From positions 1,654 to 65,653 of the forward strand of contig CAZJVY010000008.1 in NCBI GenBank assembly GCA_964549395.1: a stretch of 64,000 nucleotides of DNA, in the 5' to 3' direction. Below, in pieces: positions 38,676-49,101 of this stretch. Position numbers and translations under genes: made by a program. The stretch's first letter is position 1, and each line of letters opens with the position of its first letter. This stretch comes from an uncultured Armatimonadia bacterium. GTDB taxonomy: Bacteria; Armatimonadota; Zipacnadia; Zipacnadales; UBA11051. The notes below the pieces were generated by a model. That model was not told where the DNA came from. It searched no databases and saw only the letters and a program-made list of their open reading frames with translations.

Positions 38676-39734
38676 ATGCCAAGAGATGACATGACCTCGA
38701 GGGAACGATGGTTGGCGGTTCTGCAACGCAGGAAGCCGGATCGGATTCCCACTGACTACTGGGCGACTCCGGAAGCGCACTGCAAGTTGAGGGAGTACAC
38801 CGGCTGCGAAAGCGATGACGATCTGTATGCGCACTTGCACATTGACAGGCCGGCGCATGTGGGCGGGCGCTATGTCGGGCCGGAACTGCCGGCCGGGGAG
38901 AACGTGTTCGGCTGCCGTCACAAGACGGTGGACTACGGAACAGGCGTGTACGATGAGCTTGTGAATAGTCCGCTGGCGGAATACGAGACCGTCCGAGAGA
39001 TCGAGGCGAGCTACCGGTGGCCGGACCCCGACTGGTGGGACTACTCGCACCTGCCTGCCGAGGCTGCGAAGTATCCTGATCGGCCGATCCAGGGCGGCGG
39101 CTCGGAGCCGATGCTGACGTACAAGGCGCTCCGGGGCGAGGCCCAAGCGTTCATGGACTTGATACTGCACCCCGACGTCGTCCACTACTGTCTGGACAAG
39201 CTCTTCGACCTCGCATACAAGAATACCGAACGGATATACGACCAGATACCGGGGCAAGTGATGGTCAGCTATGTGGCGGAGGACTTGGGGTCGCAGGAAG
39301 GCTTGATGTACTCCCCGGCGCACATACGCGAGTACCTACTGCCGAGGATGAAGCGCATGATGACCCTGGTGCATGATGCCGGGGCTTACGTGTTTCATCA
39401 CAGCGACGGGGCCGTTCGTGAGATTCTGCCGGACATGATAGAAATTGGGATTGACGTGTTGAACCCGGTGCAGTGGCGGTGCAAGGGCATGGAGCGCGAG
39501 GACCTGAAGCGGGATTTCGGCGACAGGCTGGTTTTCCATGGCGCAATGGACAACCAGTACACGCTGCCGTTCGGGACCGTCGAGGAGGTGCGGCAGGAGG
39601 TAATTGACAACATCGCCATTCTTGGGTGTGGCGGCGGCTACATCCTGGCACCGTGCCACAATATCCAGGCCGTAGGACCCGCGGAAAACGTAGTAGCCAT
39701 GTACGAAGCGGCGTATGAGGTGGGCGGCGGGTAG
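38676..39734 (+). CDS. Uroporphyrinogen decarboxylase (URO-D) family protein (MtaA/CmuA-like)
   Basis: 352 aa, URO-D fold-like sequence (RIPTDYWATPEAHCKL, GGYILAPCHNIQ). The antisense 340-aa ORF at 38301..39323 is rejected as a shadow ORF. Confidence 0.55.
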   Translation: MPRDDMTSRERWLAVLQRRKPDRIPTDYWATPEAHCKLREYTGCESDDDLYAHLHIDRPAHVGGRYVGPELPAGENVFGCRHKTVDYGTGVYDELVNSPLAEYETVREIEASYRWPDPDWWDYSHLPAEAAKYPDRPIQGGGSEPMLTYKALRGEAQAFMDLILHPDVVHYCLDKLFDLAYKNTERIYDQIPGQVMVSYVAEDLGSQEGLMYSPAHIREYLLPRMKRMMTLVHDAGAYVFHHSDGAVREILPDMIEIGIDVLNPVQWRCKGMEREDLKRDFGDRLVFHGAMDNQYTLPFGTVEEVRQEVIDNIAILGCGGGYILAPCHNIQAVGPAENVVAMYEAAYEVGGG

Positions 39735-39809
39735 AAGCGGGCCGGTGTTGCGGCGCGGAGGCCGGACGTGGTAAGATTGTGTGCACCGGCCACAAAGAAA
39801 GGGAACTAG

Positions 39810-40352
39810 ATGATAGGCGACAGGTACTCACCCAACACGGAAGCGAGTTGGGGACTCCTATGGCTGGGAATGGCACTGCTGCTAGCGGTGGTGGGCACGA
39901 TAGCGTTGTCGGGATGTCCGTCTCGCGACGACACTGCCTACGTGAGTACGGAGACTGAGGTAGCTGAGACGACGGCCGAGCCGACACCCGAGGATGTTAC
40001 AGACGAAAAGGAGAACAAGGCAATGACTATTGATGTGACAAACGCAGACTTCCAGGCACAAGTGATTGAGGCAGACAAGCCCGTGCTGGTGGATTTCTGG
40101 GCGCCTTGGTGCGGCCCGTGCCAGATGATGCATCCGGTTCTGGACAGCCTCGGCGAGAAGTATGACGGGAAGGCCGTCATCGCCAGGGTCAACATAGACG
40201 AGGCGGACAACCAGCAGTTGGCCATGCAATACCAGATCCGCGCCATTCCGTATATGGCGATCTTCAAGAACGGTCAAATCGTGGAGGAGATCATCGGTGT
40301 GCGACCGGAAGAAGACCTGGCCGCGGCCCTGGATAAGGCTCTTGGGAGTTAA
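39810..40352 (+). CDS. Thioredoxin with N-terminal lipoprotein signal
   Basis: WAPWCGPCQ active site. Signal and lipobox LLLAVVGTIALSGC, then an acidic linker before the Trx domain. Confidence 0.75.
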   Translation: MIGDRYSPNTEASWGLLWLGMALLLAVVGTIALSGCPSRDDTAYVSTETEVAETTAEPTPEDVTDEKENKAMTIDVTNADFQAQVIEADKPVLVDFWAPWCGPCQMMHPVLDSLGEKYDGKAVIARVNIDEADNQQLAMQYQIRAIPYMAIFKNGQIVEEIIGVRPEEDLAAALDKALGS

Positions 40353-40417
40353 GCGCTGAGTTGGCACGCGGCCGCTCCAGCTTCGGCGGGGCGATGGTCG
40401 CGTGCCGGAGGAAGTGC

Positions 40418-42802
40418 ATGCCCGAAGTGGGACAGGTGGCACAGCAAGAGCCCCGAACCGAGCTCAGTCGGGATTTGGGGCTTTTTGACGTTACCATGGT
40501 GGGCGTCGCCGGCATGATCGGCGCCGGCATTTTCGTGCTCACCGGCATCGCGGCGGGCACGGCAGGCCCCGCCTTGCTGCTGGCGTTTGCACTCAACGGC
40601 ATAGTGACACTGCTTACAGGTATGGTCTACGCGGAGTTGGGGTCGGCGATACCGGAGGCCGGCGGCGGCTACCTGTGGGTGAAGGAGGGGCTTCCCGGCG
40701 CCAATGCCTTCCTGGCAGGATGGATGAGCTGGTTCGCCCATACCGTGGTGGGCAGCGTGTACGCGCTCGGTTTTGCGGCATATCTGGAGATATTCCTCGA
40801 GTACATGCACCTGGGGGTGCCCGGGCTTCAGGGGCCCGCGTTCCACAAGGTGTTTGCCGCCGCAATTGCGCTGGTCTTCATCTCCATCAACTACCGTGGC
40901 GCGTCCGAGACAGGCAGGGCCGGCAACATCGTGACCGTGGGGAAGTTGGTCATCATCTGGATCTTTGCGTTCATGGGCCTGTGGGCGATCGCCAATAATC
41001 CGCACTTCATGAGCAACTTTTCGAACCTCGACGTGCCGGGCCTGGCGTCGCACCTGAAGGGGTTCGCGCCGATGGGCCCCACGGGGATTCTGACGGCGAT
41101 GGGCCTTACATTCATCGCGTTCGAGGGGTACGAGATAATCGCCCAGGCAGGCGAGGAGGTAAGACACCCACGGCGCAATATCCCGAAGGCCGTATTCCTG
41201 GCCATGCTCATCGTCATCCCGACGTATATCGCGGTCGCCTTTGTCGCGCTGGGGGCGGTTCAGATCCCGGCCGGAGACCATGCGCTGACGACGTGGCAGT
41301 GGCTCAGCGCCGAGAATCCGGAGGTCGCACTGGCCAGGGCGGCGCGGACGTTCATGGGCTCGGCGGCGGTGCTTCTCTTGATCGGTGCCCTGTTGTCGAC
41401 AATGAGCGCGCTGAATGCGACGACGTACTCCTCGACACGGGTTTCCTTTGCGATGGGCAGAGACGGGAATCTGCCGGATGCATTCGCGGCGGTCCACCCG
41501 AAGAGCCGCATCCCCTACATCGCGCTCCTGCTCAGCGGCAGCCTGATCATATTCATGGCCGTGGCGATACCGCTAGAGGCGGTGGCGGCGGCGGCGGACA
41601 TCATGTTTCTGATGCTCTTTCTGCAGGTCAACGTGGCCTGCATCACGATTCGGAAGAAGTACGGCGAGAAGCTGCGCTACGGCTACATGTCTCCATTCTT
41701 CCCGTACGTGCAGATAACGGCAATCGTGATACAACTGGCGCTCGTCGGCTTTATGTTCGTGTTCTCACCGCTGGCCGCTCTGGTGACGATGGGATGGGTC
41801 GCCGGCGGGATGCTGATCTACCATTTCTACGCCTCCAAGCGCGAGCGTGAGAAGGAGGTCACTCCTGTAGTCGCTGCGGCCACGCCCGTGGTTGACAGGC
41901 GGCACTTCTCGGTGCTGCTACCGGTCGCCAATCCAGAGACTGCGAGAAAGCTGCTAAACGTGGCCAGCCGACTGCTGCGGCTCGAGCCGGGGAATCTGAT
42001 GCTACTGCATGTGATAACGGTGCCCGATCAGTTGCCGGTCAGTGTCGGACGCGATTTCATAGACGAGACGCGTCCGCTGCTGGACGCAGTGGCGGAGCAG
42101 GCCGAAGGCCTCGGCATGATCCCCAACAGCATTGTGCGCGTTGGCCACCGAGCCGCCGACGCCATTGTGGACACGGTGGAGGACACCCATGCCAATTTCG
42201 TCGTCATGGGCTGGGCCGGACACAGCCGGGATCCACGGACGGTCGTCGGGAGCACGATTGACAAGATTGTGAAGGACGCCAACGCGAACGTGGTGGTTGT
42301 ACGGGGTGACGCGAGCATCCCGGCCCGTCGCATATTGGTGCCCGTTCAGCACCCACTGCACGGCAACCTGGTTGCCCAGTTTGCGGCGGTCATGGCTGAC
42401 GAAACCGCCAGCTACATCCGCTTGCTGCACGTGGTTGACCGCGACACTTCGAGTATTGAACGCGCCCAGGCAGCCGCCGACCTGCGTGAGGCGGTGAGCC
42501 GGCATGCGCGCGGCAACGGCACTAGCGCCAGGGACGTGCAGGATGAGCGGCGGTTCCACATTCGCATCGAGGCAGGCGATGTCGTTGACACGATTGTGAA
42601 ACACTCTGCCGACTTCGATCTGGTCATCATCGGTGCATCGCGGGAGAGTTGGCTGCGCAGAAAGGTATGGGGCGATAAGACGAGGCGGTTTGCCAGGGAT
42701 ATGAAGGCCCCGCTGATGCTGGTGAACCTGGGGAGCGGACTGGTGAAATTCAGTGTATCGCAATTCTTTCAGTTCTTCTGGGATATTGAGCAAGAGCAGT
42801 AA
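40418..42802 (+). CDS. APC-family amino-acid permease fused to two C-terminal universal stress protein (UspA) domains
   Basis: APC N-terminus LGLFDVTMVGVAGMIGAGIFV and 12 TM segments. Two Usp modules (VLLPVANPETARK... and ILVPVQHP...). The ORF is open from 40361. Confidence 0.65.
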   Translation: MPEVGQVAQQEPRTELSRDLGLFDVTMVGVAGMIGAGIFVLTGIAAGTAGPALLLAFALNGIVTLLTGMVYAELGSAIPEAGGGYLWVKEGLPGANAFLAGWMSWFAHTVVGSVYALGFAAYLEIFLEYMHLGVPGLQGPAFHKVFAAAIALVFISINYRGASETGRAGNIVTVGKLVIIWIFAFMGLWAIANNPHFMSNFSNLDVPGLASHLKGFAPMGPTGILTAMGLTFIAFEGYEIIAQAGEEVRHPRRNIPKAVFLAMLIVIPTYIAVAFVALGAVQIPAGDHALTTWQWLSAENPEVALARAARTFMGSAAVLLLIGALLSTMSALNATTYSSTRVSFAMGRDGNLPDAFAAVHPKSRIPYIALLLSGSLIIFMAVAIPLEAVAAAADIMFLMLFLQVNVACITIRKKYGEKLRYGYMSPFFPYVQITAIVIQLALVGFMFVFSPLAALVTMGWVAGGMLIYHFYASKREREKEVTPVVAAATPVVDRRHFSVLLPVANPETARKLLNVASRLLRLEPGNLMLLHVITVPDQLPVSVGRDFIDETRPLLDAVAEQAEGLGMIPNSIVRVGHRAADAIVDTVEDTHANFVVMGWAGHSRDPRTVVGSTIDKIVKDANANVVVVRGDASIPARRILVPVQHPLHGNLVAQFAAVMADETASYIRLLHVVDRDTSSIERAQAAADLREAVSRHARGNGTSARDVQDERRFHIRIEAGDVVDTIVKHSADFDLVIIGASRESWLRRKVWGDKTRRFARDMKAPLMLVNLGSGLVKFSVSQFFQFFWDIEQEQ

Positions 42803-42814
42803 GGAGCGACCAGG

Positions 42815-43135
42815 TTGTCACTGCGTGACCTAGAACGCGCCGGACTGATACTGCCGAAGGAGCAGTGGGGACGGCACGACATGCAGAGTAAGGTAAACCG
42901 CGCGAGCCTCGCCGCCGCGTGGATCATGGCGGGTGTGTCGGCCGTGCTGATGTATGCGGGGAACGGTCTTGCTCTCACCTGGGTCGGCCTGGCCGGGATG
43001 CTGGCGTTCATGGCGTGGTTCACGTATCTGTCCATACAAGCAATCAACAAGCGCAACCGCGAGGAGAGCGAACTGTGGGACAAGCCGGAGGATGAGAACA
43101 ACGGCGATGAGGTGGCGGCGTCCGGCAGCCGGTAG
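42815..43135 (+). CDS. Hypothetical small membrane protein
   Basis: TTG start 8 nt after the SD-like aaggag. Two TM helices (AAAWIMAGVSAVLMYAG; WVGLAGMLAFMAWFTYL). Confidence 0.35.
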   Translation: MSLRDLERAGLILPKEQWGRHDMQSKVNRASLAAAWIMAGVSAVLMYAGNGLALTWVGLAGMLAFMAWFTYLSIQAINKRNREESELWDKPEDENNGDEVAASGSR

Positions 43136-43175
43136 CGATGCGAGCGACCCGCCCCGACAGTGAGAGGTTACCACT

Positions 43176-43574
43176 ATGGCTCGAAAGGCAATCAACCCGC
43201 AGACGGTCTGCCGTCCCGTATCCCCGACGTATTCCCACGCCACCATAGCGGAGGGGAAGCGCCTGGTGTTCATCGCCGGGCAAGTGGCCACCGATGTGGA
43301 CGGCAACACTGTGGGCGATGACATCCAGACCCAGACCCGGCAGGCGTATGAGAATATCCGCCTGATCCTGGAAGCGGTCGGCGGCAGCATGAACGATATC
43401 CTCCACACCGACGTTTTCATGCTGAACGTGCAGCGCGACCTCCAGGGCTACCTGAGTGTGCGTAGAGAGTTCTTCCCCGACAATCCGCCGGCCAGCACCC
43501 TCGTCCAGGTGCAGGCGCTGGTGTCCCCGGAATACCTCGTTGAGGTGAAGGCCGTAGCGGAACTGGCCGGCTGA
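43176..43574 (+). CDS. ridA: RidA/YjgF/L-PSP family enamine/imine deaminase
   Basis: 132 aa. ...AGQVATD...YENIRLILEA...DILHTDVFM... follows the RidA-family pattern. Confidence 0.7.
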   Translation: MARKAINPQTVCRPVSPTYSHATIAEGKRLVFIAGQVATDVDGNTVGDDIQTQTRQAYENIRLILEAVGGSMNDILHTDVFMLNVQRDLQGYLSVRREFFPDNPPASTLVQVQALVSPEYLVEVKAVAELAG

Positions 43575-43916
43575 CGCAAGTCCCAGTGCCCCGTTTGCGT
43601 TCCGTCAGATGCCTTCGAAGCGCTTCACTATCCACCTCACGTATGACCTGTCCAGCCCGATCATGCAAAAGCCGCGGTGGTGTCCGGCATCTGAGGCAGC
43701 GCGTCGCGTGCACCGGCCAGAATGACCGTGTTGCGTAGGCACTTACCGGAAATGGATTTGGGCAGTTGCGTGACCTGCATGGATGTTCGCCATCACGGGT
43801 TACCATGAGCCGCCAAGGTCGGCAAGCAGGACGCGGGGATCTGATGGCGAAGCTCTAGGCCGCTAGGTCGTACCTCGGCACGGACGGTACTGCAAGAGAC
43901 TGCACGGAGGCGAAGT

Positions 43917-44918
43917 ATGAGCGATTACTCGATTCTCCCCATGCTGCAGAGGCGCATGGCTGAAAGCCTTGCACGGCGGCAGCCTTTCCCTGCGAACAGG
44001 GACGCACTGCTACGGCGTCTGAGCGAAACGCGAGAGCAGTTGGCTGAATGTCTCGGCACGATGCCCGAACGCATTGTTGACCCGCAACTGCGAAAGCAGG
44101 CCGAGTTCCGACTGGGCGGCACAGGCGTAGTCCAGGAACGGATCGTGTACAGGACCGAAGAAGATGTCTGGGTGCCGGCTCACATATATCGCCCTGCAAG
44201 CCCTCCATCGCAGAAGCTGCCGGGGGTACTGCTCATTCAGGGCTGGGATCTGGACAAACACAGTATGCCTGAGTTCAAGGTGAAGCTGGCGGAAGCGGGC
44301 TTCGTCGTCCTATTCCCGGACAACCGCTTTAGTGGAGAGCGCAAGCGTCCCGTGACGGGGCAGGTGGAGCAGCAGAACCTTCTGCCGGTAAGCGAGCTGT
44401 TCGGGCTGACATTCATGGGCATGAATACCTGGGACAACCAGCGTGCTCTCGATGTGCTGGCGGCCAGAGATGATGTTGATGGCAAACGGCTCGCGGCTGT
44501 CGGCTTGTGTTGGGGTGGAATGCAGACGTGGACACTTGCAGCGATGGACGAACGGGTGAAGGCCGCTTGCCCGGTGTGCTCGGTGTCAACCTATGAAGCA
44601 TTGGTGAATGAGTATGTGGCCTTCACAACCGGGCATACTTGCTATGGCACGTATATACACAAGTGGGCACAATACGGGGACACTCAGGACATCATCGCCT
44701 GCATCGCACCGAGGCCGCTCCTGATCCAGAACAACGTCAACGACACCTGGTTCCCGATTGGCGGCTATCACCGCGTCGTCAGCGAGGTGAGCCAGGTGTA
44801 CCACACATTAGGAGTCCCGGGCAACTTCCAGTACGAAGCACGCATCGCCGAGCATGACATAACGGAGACCTTCGGCGGGCGCGTCATTGACTGGCTCATC
44901 ACGCATCTGCAGCCCTGA
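43917..44918 (+). CDS. Alpha/beta hydrolase (dienelactone-hydrolase / acetyl-xylan-esterase-like) with Cys in the nucleophile elbow
   Basis: Nucleophile elbow GLCWGG (the G-x-Nuc-x-G position is Cys). VLLIQGWDLD region and C-terminal His (AEHDITE). Confidence 0.55.
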   Translation: MSDYSILPMLQRRMAESLARRQPFPANRDALLRRLSETREQLAECLGTMPERIVDPQLRKQAEFRLGGTGVVQERIVYRTEEDVWVPAHIYRPASPPSQKLPGVLLIQGWDLDKHSMPEFKVKLAEAGFVVLFPDNRFSGERKRPVTGQVEQQNLLPVSELFGLTFMGMNTWDNQRALDVLAARDDVDGKRLAAVGLCWGGMQTWTLAAMDERVKAACPVCSVSTYEALVNEYVAFTTGHTCYGTYIHKWAQYGDTQDIIACIAPRPLLIQNNVNDTWFPIGGYHRVVSEVSQVYHTLGVPGNFQYEARIAEHDITETFGGRVIDWLITHLQP

Positions 44919-45017
44919 TGGACGTTCAGACGGCCATGCCCGCAGAGTGGTTCAGCCGCCGTAGACGGGGCTACATCGTAATGCGACAGCATTCTCCGCC
45001 AAGCGCCATGCCAGCGT

Positions 45018-45308
45018 CTACCATGCCGGCCCATCTTCATCGGCCTCAAGGAAGTAGACCTCCGGCGGAGCAGTCAGAATGTTCTCGTGGATTTCCCTCA
45101 GCTTGGCCGATTGTGCGTGTCGCCGGGCGTTATCCAGGTTGTCCCATTCCAGAAGCACCAGAGCCGTGGACGGGTCATCCTGAGCTCTGAAGATGCGGTA
45201 CTTGCCAGCGCCATCGCTCTTTCGCCATGCCACGCTCTCTTCCGCAACAAATCCGGCCCTCCACGCCTCGAAGTCCTTGACTCTGAATAGGCCCAGAACA
45301 TACGGCAT
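45018..45308 (-). CDS. ABM-domain (antibiotic-biosynthesis-monooxygenase-like / Dabb) alpha+beta barrel protein
   Basis: 96 aa. The pattern FRVKD.EAW...F......R.S.GA..YRIFR..DDP....LLEW.NL..A..H..S follows the ferredoxin-like ABM signature. Confidence 0.5.
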   Translation of the reverse strand: MPYVLGLFRVKDFEAWRAGFVAEESVAWRKSDGAGKYRIFRAQDDPSTALVLLEWDNLDNARRHAQSAKLREIHENILTAPPEVYFLEADEDGPAW

Positions 45309-45545
45309 GGGTCATCCCCTCCTTGATGCTTGTCGCCTCACAGACACCCCCAACGCCGGCGCTGCTGAGATTGCGCCTAGCAGAGCGTGTTGTGTGTGAG
45401 CATAGATTCGTCTGCTGCCACATTCGCACCTGCCAGACCTATGCGCCTACGTGGTAGTACCGCTCGACCGGCTCTCAGGTAGGGGAAGCCACGCCGAAGG
45501 CGAATACGGCACCAAGGGTATCAAGCTCGTACGGAGGGTGTCGGA

Positions 45546-48500
45546 ATGTCCAGACAGACAATGACTTATCTGACCGCAATCAGTGTGTTTGTGGCGATCT
45601 CCATGGCTTGCGCCGAAGGTGAGCTCAGATGCATTCAGCAGCCGACATTCTGGATAGTCGGACAGCAGACACGGATCATGATCCAAACACCAGAGGATTG
45701 CGGGAAACTCGAGGTCACCCATCCGGATGGGCTCGAGCTTTTCGACCGCTGGCCCTACAAGGCAGGAGATACCACCCAGCGGTTCTACTTTCGCGCGCAG
45801 AAGCCGCTGGAGGCGGGGGAGATCCGGTTCAAGTCGGGAGGATACGAGCTATCTCTGCCGGTGCGGGTCCTATCCTGGGAGCAGGCGCTGACGGACGAGT
45901 TTGAGAGCGGGGGCTTCAAGCTGCCCCGCGTATTCCCTCTGGAGGGAAAGGACGAGCATAGGAGCGGACTGAGCTTTCTGACGCAAGAGTATGTTGATCG
46001 GTTCCGGCGCAGCGGCATAGGCGGAGCCGGCGGCGAAGAAGTCGTCTCGAAGCGGCTCGCAGAAGCCGAAGACATGGAGAAAGTATTCTACGCCTTGCCG
46101 GAGACGACGGTACCGCGCAGCGTGTATGTGAACCGCTACCCGATGACGGGCTGCCCGATATGCGGGAAGAAGGTGTTTGAGGGGCGTTCAGGGTTCTACC
46201 CGTGGACCTTGGACTACGAGAATCACCCGTATCAACTGCAGTGCCCCGAATGTGGGCGCTGGTTCCCTACGAACGACTTCGCCTCCGGCGACATGGCAAG
46301 CGGCGAATTTCCCGACGACGGCTGGTGCTACTTTGCGGACGATGGCACACCGTATGGTTTCGTGGCCTACTATTGCTGCTGGTACTACATGAACCGCTTC
46401 AGGAACCTGCCTTATGTCTACGCGAATATGTACGCGTGTACGGGCGACAGGCGCTTGGGGCGGGCGGCGGCATTGACGCTTTTCCGTCTGGCCGAGCAGT
46501 ACCTGAATCTCGCACTTAATGTCAATCAGCGCAAGGCCTACACCCGCGAGGCCCTGTGGCGAGGCGGAATTGTGCCGCAGGGCACACCTGCGGTGGACGG
46601 AGGATGGTACTACGTTGAGGGCAACTGGGAAGTTCCTCTGGTGGGACTGTACGCGCCCGCGTTCGAGTGGATATGGGACTACTTCGACGAAGATGACCCG
46701 GAACTGATCCACTTCTTGCAGCAACATCACCACCCCGAGATCAAGACGATGCAGGACGTGCGGCAGTTCATCGAGACCGGCTACTTCCGCGTTGTGGCCC
46801 AAGGCTGCCTGGACCGCACCATCGTGGGCAATCATCCCCAGGGCCAGCGCGCCGCGATGGAGCTGGCACTCGTCCTCAACAGCTCACGCTCGCACGAGAT
46901 CGTGGACTGGACCTTCAATGGCGCAGGGGGGATGCGCTACTTCCTCACGAACGAGTTCTTCATAGATGGTTCGGCCTTCGAGGCTCCCGGATACAACCGC
47001 GGCCACTACATCAATACGCAGGAGATTGCGGATTTGATGGATAGAATCCGCGGCATGCGACCTGACGATTACGAGCATGCCGGATTCCCCTTGCTGGCAG
47101 ACGATCCGAAGTACAAGTACATGTATGACTTCAACATCAACTACAGCCTGATTGGCCGCACTTGCGCTCATGTGGGCGATTCCGGTGATGTCGCTCCGAC
47201 GGAGCCATGGCCGCTCCACCCCTGCTCGACCCTGTCGCGTCAAGACTACATCAAGCCTTTTCAGAAGTGCCCTGATAACGTCAACTTCGCGCGAGTGCTC
47301 TGGGACCCCGAAACCAATCAGCCCATCAAACAGCTTGCCGACGAGAAGCTGCGTGCAAAGGTGACCGAACTTGTCGAGAAGCACGGAGCAGAACTTGATC
47401 TGCCCAGCAACGTACTGGACGGCTACAAGCACGTCATATTGCGCAGCGGAGAGGGCGAGGACAAGCGCGCCTTGTGGATGCGGTACGGGCAGGCGTTCGG
47501 CCATGTGCACTACGATCAACTGAGCATCGGCTATGAGGCGCTGAAGCGAACACTGCTGCCGGAGCTGGGCTACTACAGGGGGGAAGACTACCGCACCGAA
47601 TGGGACATGAACTGGTGCATCCACTACAATGCGCGGATCGTCGGAGAGGATGTGAAGCCGGCGACCAGAGGCAACGGTGCTCTGAAGATGTTTGCCGACG
47701 GCGGCTGGGCGAAGATGGCGACCGCCATGGACCGCAAGCATGTAGTCGTGGACCCGCCGCAGCTCTACCAGATGCTCCCGGAGCAGATTAGGGAGCGCAC
47801 CATCGCGCTGGTGGACATATCACCCCAGCACTCCTACGCGGTGAGCATCTTCCAACTACATGGCGGCACAGATCATTACTGGAGCTTCCACGGGCCGCGC
47901 GGGACTGCCGAGTGCAGCGGCCTGAAGCTAACGGCACAGAATGGCGGGACGCTGGCCGGGCCGGATATCCCGTATGGTATTAAATGGGATTCAGAATGGA
48001 GCAAGGCAAACTGGGAGATCATGTGCTTTCCGTTCCTCTATGACGTGTACCGAGGCACGGCCGAGGGTATCTGGAGCATGGACTGGACGCTGGAGAACTA
48101 CCCGGACGTGCACATGCGGATGCACGCGATACAGCCCAGCGGAGCGGATGTGGGATTGGCAAAGGGCAAACCACCAGGCGGTGGCAAGCCCTACGAGCTC
48201 CAGTGGGCGGTGCAGCACACGAGGGGCGAGTTCCCGCTGAGCAGTTGCTTTGCCACAGTCATCGAGGCATACGAAGGCGAACCACTGATAACGGATGTGC
48301 AGCACCTGAATGTCAGCACGCAGGTCGCAGGTCAGCATTCCCCCGTTGCGTTCCGGATCACGTGCGGCGACCGGGTGGACACGATTATCTACTGCCGCGA
48401 TCCCGACGGACCTGTAACAACCGGCAATGGGATTACCATGCAGGGATCTCTTGGCATTTGGGCTGAGGTCGGGAACCAGGTCAAGGGTGTATTCCTCGCC

Positions 48501-49073
48501 AACGGAACCCGCATAGCTAAGGGGGAGAAGCAGTACACGCTTCCGACAGCCGCATGGTCCGGACAGATCGTGTCGGCGGACTTCACGGAACGCAAGCTAG
48601 TGGTGGCACCGCCTCACCCACAGCCCGAGGCGCTTGTGGGCCGTTACGCGCACATCACCAACGAGCAAGGAAATGATGTCACTCACTTGATAGTCGGGGC
48701 TCAGACGGTAGCTGAAGGCACGGAACTGACATTGGAGCTCGACCCTCGCATCGGCGAGGGTCCGGTGGTCGAGATACACGAGGACGGCATCACCTCCGGC
48801 ATGCAGCTCGTGTTCGGCGGCTATTTGTACTACCACGGGAAGACACTGAGCAATGAGGATGCTTCGGCGCTATACAAGATTAACGGGGTGAGGAGCTCGC
48901 GAGCATACATCAACACTCAGGTGCACCCGGACGCAGGCAAGGAGAAGCTGGGGATCGAATTCACGGATAGGGAGAACGACGGCAACGTGCGGTTCACCAT
49001 CTACGACTACGGCCCTGGCGATGCCGTTACGGTTCCCAACTTCATTTCTGTAGGCAACGCGAGCGGCGGCTAG
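45546..49073 (+). CDS. Secreted heparinase II/III-like (polysaccharide-lyase fold) protein with N-terminal Cys module and C4 zinc-ribbon-like insert, paralog 1
   Basis: Signal peptide MTYLTAISVFVAISMACA. Conserved LRCIQQPTFWIVGQQTRI...DCGKLEV; CPICGKKVFEGRSGFYPWTLDYENHPYQLQCPECGRWFP; heparinase-type GHVHYDQLS (HxHxDxxS); beta-rich C-terminal region of about 300 aa. Confidence 0.6.
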   Translation: MSRQTMTYLTAISVFVAISMACAEGELRCIQQPTFWIVGQQTRIMIQTPEDCGKLEVTHPDGLELFDRWPYKAGDTTQRFYFRAQKPLEAGEIRFKSGGYELSLPVRVLSWEQALTDEFESGGFKLPRVFPLEGKDEHRSGLSFLTQEYVDRFRRSGIGGAGGEEVVSKRLAEAEDMEKVFYALPETTVPRSVYVNRYPMTGCPICGKKVFEGRSGFYPWTLDYENHPYQLQCPECGRWFPTNDFASGDMASGEFPDDGWCYFADDGTPYGFVAYYCCWYYMNRFRNLPYVYANMYACTGDRRLGRAAALTLFRLAEQYLNLALNVNQRKAYTREALWRGGIVPQGTPAVDGGWYYVEGNWEVPLVGLYAPAFEWIWDYFDEDDPELIHFLQQHHHPEIKTMQDVRQFIETGYFRVVAQGCLDRTIVGNHPQGQRAAMELALVLNSSRSHEIVDWTFNGAGGMRYFLTNEFFIDGSAFEAPGYNRGHYINTQEIADLMDRIRGMRPDDYEHAGFPLLADDPKYKYMYDFNINYSLIGRTCAHVGDSGDVAPTEPWPLHPCSTLSRQDYIKPFQKCPDNVNFARVLWDPETNQPIKQLADEKLRAKVTELVEKHGAELDLPSNVLDGYKHVILRSGEGEDKRALWMRYGQAFGHVHYDQLSIGYEALKRTLLPELGYYRGEDYRTEWDMNWCIHYNARIVGEDVKPATRGNGALKMFADGGWAKMATAMDRKHVVVDPPQLYQMLPEQIRERTIALVDISPQHSYAVSIFQLHGGTDHYWSFHGPRGTAECSGLKLTAQNGGTLAGPDIPYGIKWDSEWSKANWEIMCFPFLYDVYRGTAEGIWSMDWTLENYPDVHMRMHAIQPSGADVGLAKGKPPGGGKPYELQWAVQHTRGEFPLSSCFATVIEAYEGEPLITDVQHLNVSTQVAGQHSPVAFRITCGDRVDTIIYCRDPDGPVTTGNGITMQGSLGIWAEVGNQVKGVFLANGTRIAKGEKQYTLPTAAWSGQIVSADFTERKLVVAPPHPQPEALVGRYAHITNEQGNDVTHLIVGAQTVAEGTELTLELDPRIGEGPVVEIHEDGITSGMQLVFGGYLYYHGKTLSNEDASALYKINGVRSSRAYINTQVHPDAGKEKLGIEFTDRENDGNVRFTIYDYGPGDAVTVPNFISVGNASGG

Positions 49074-49101
49074 AAAGGGACGGCACTAAGGCAGTTCCGT
49101 G

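Noticed and set aside
38301-39323. 340-aa minus-strand ORF
   Set aside because: Antisense to the URO-D family gene, which has coherent domain-like sequence. The minus-strand translation is Arg/Pro/Val-rich with no motifs.
43575-43916. 340-nt intergenic region after ridA as a possible small RNA or tRNA locus
   Set aside because: No cloverleaf-compatible sequence, no strong terminator hairpin and no conserved-looking structure were identified. It is probably just the promoter region of the downstream hydrolase gene.
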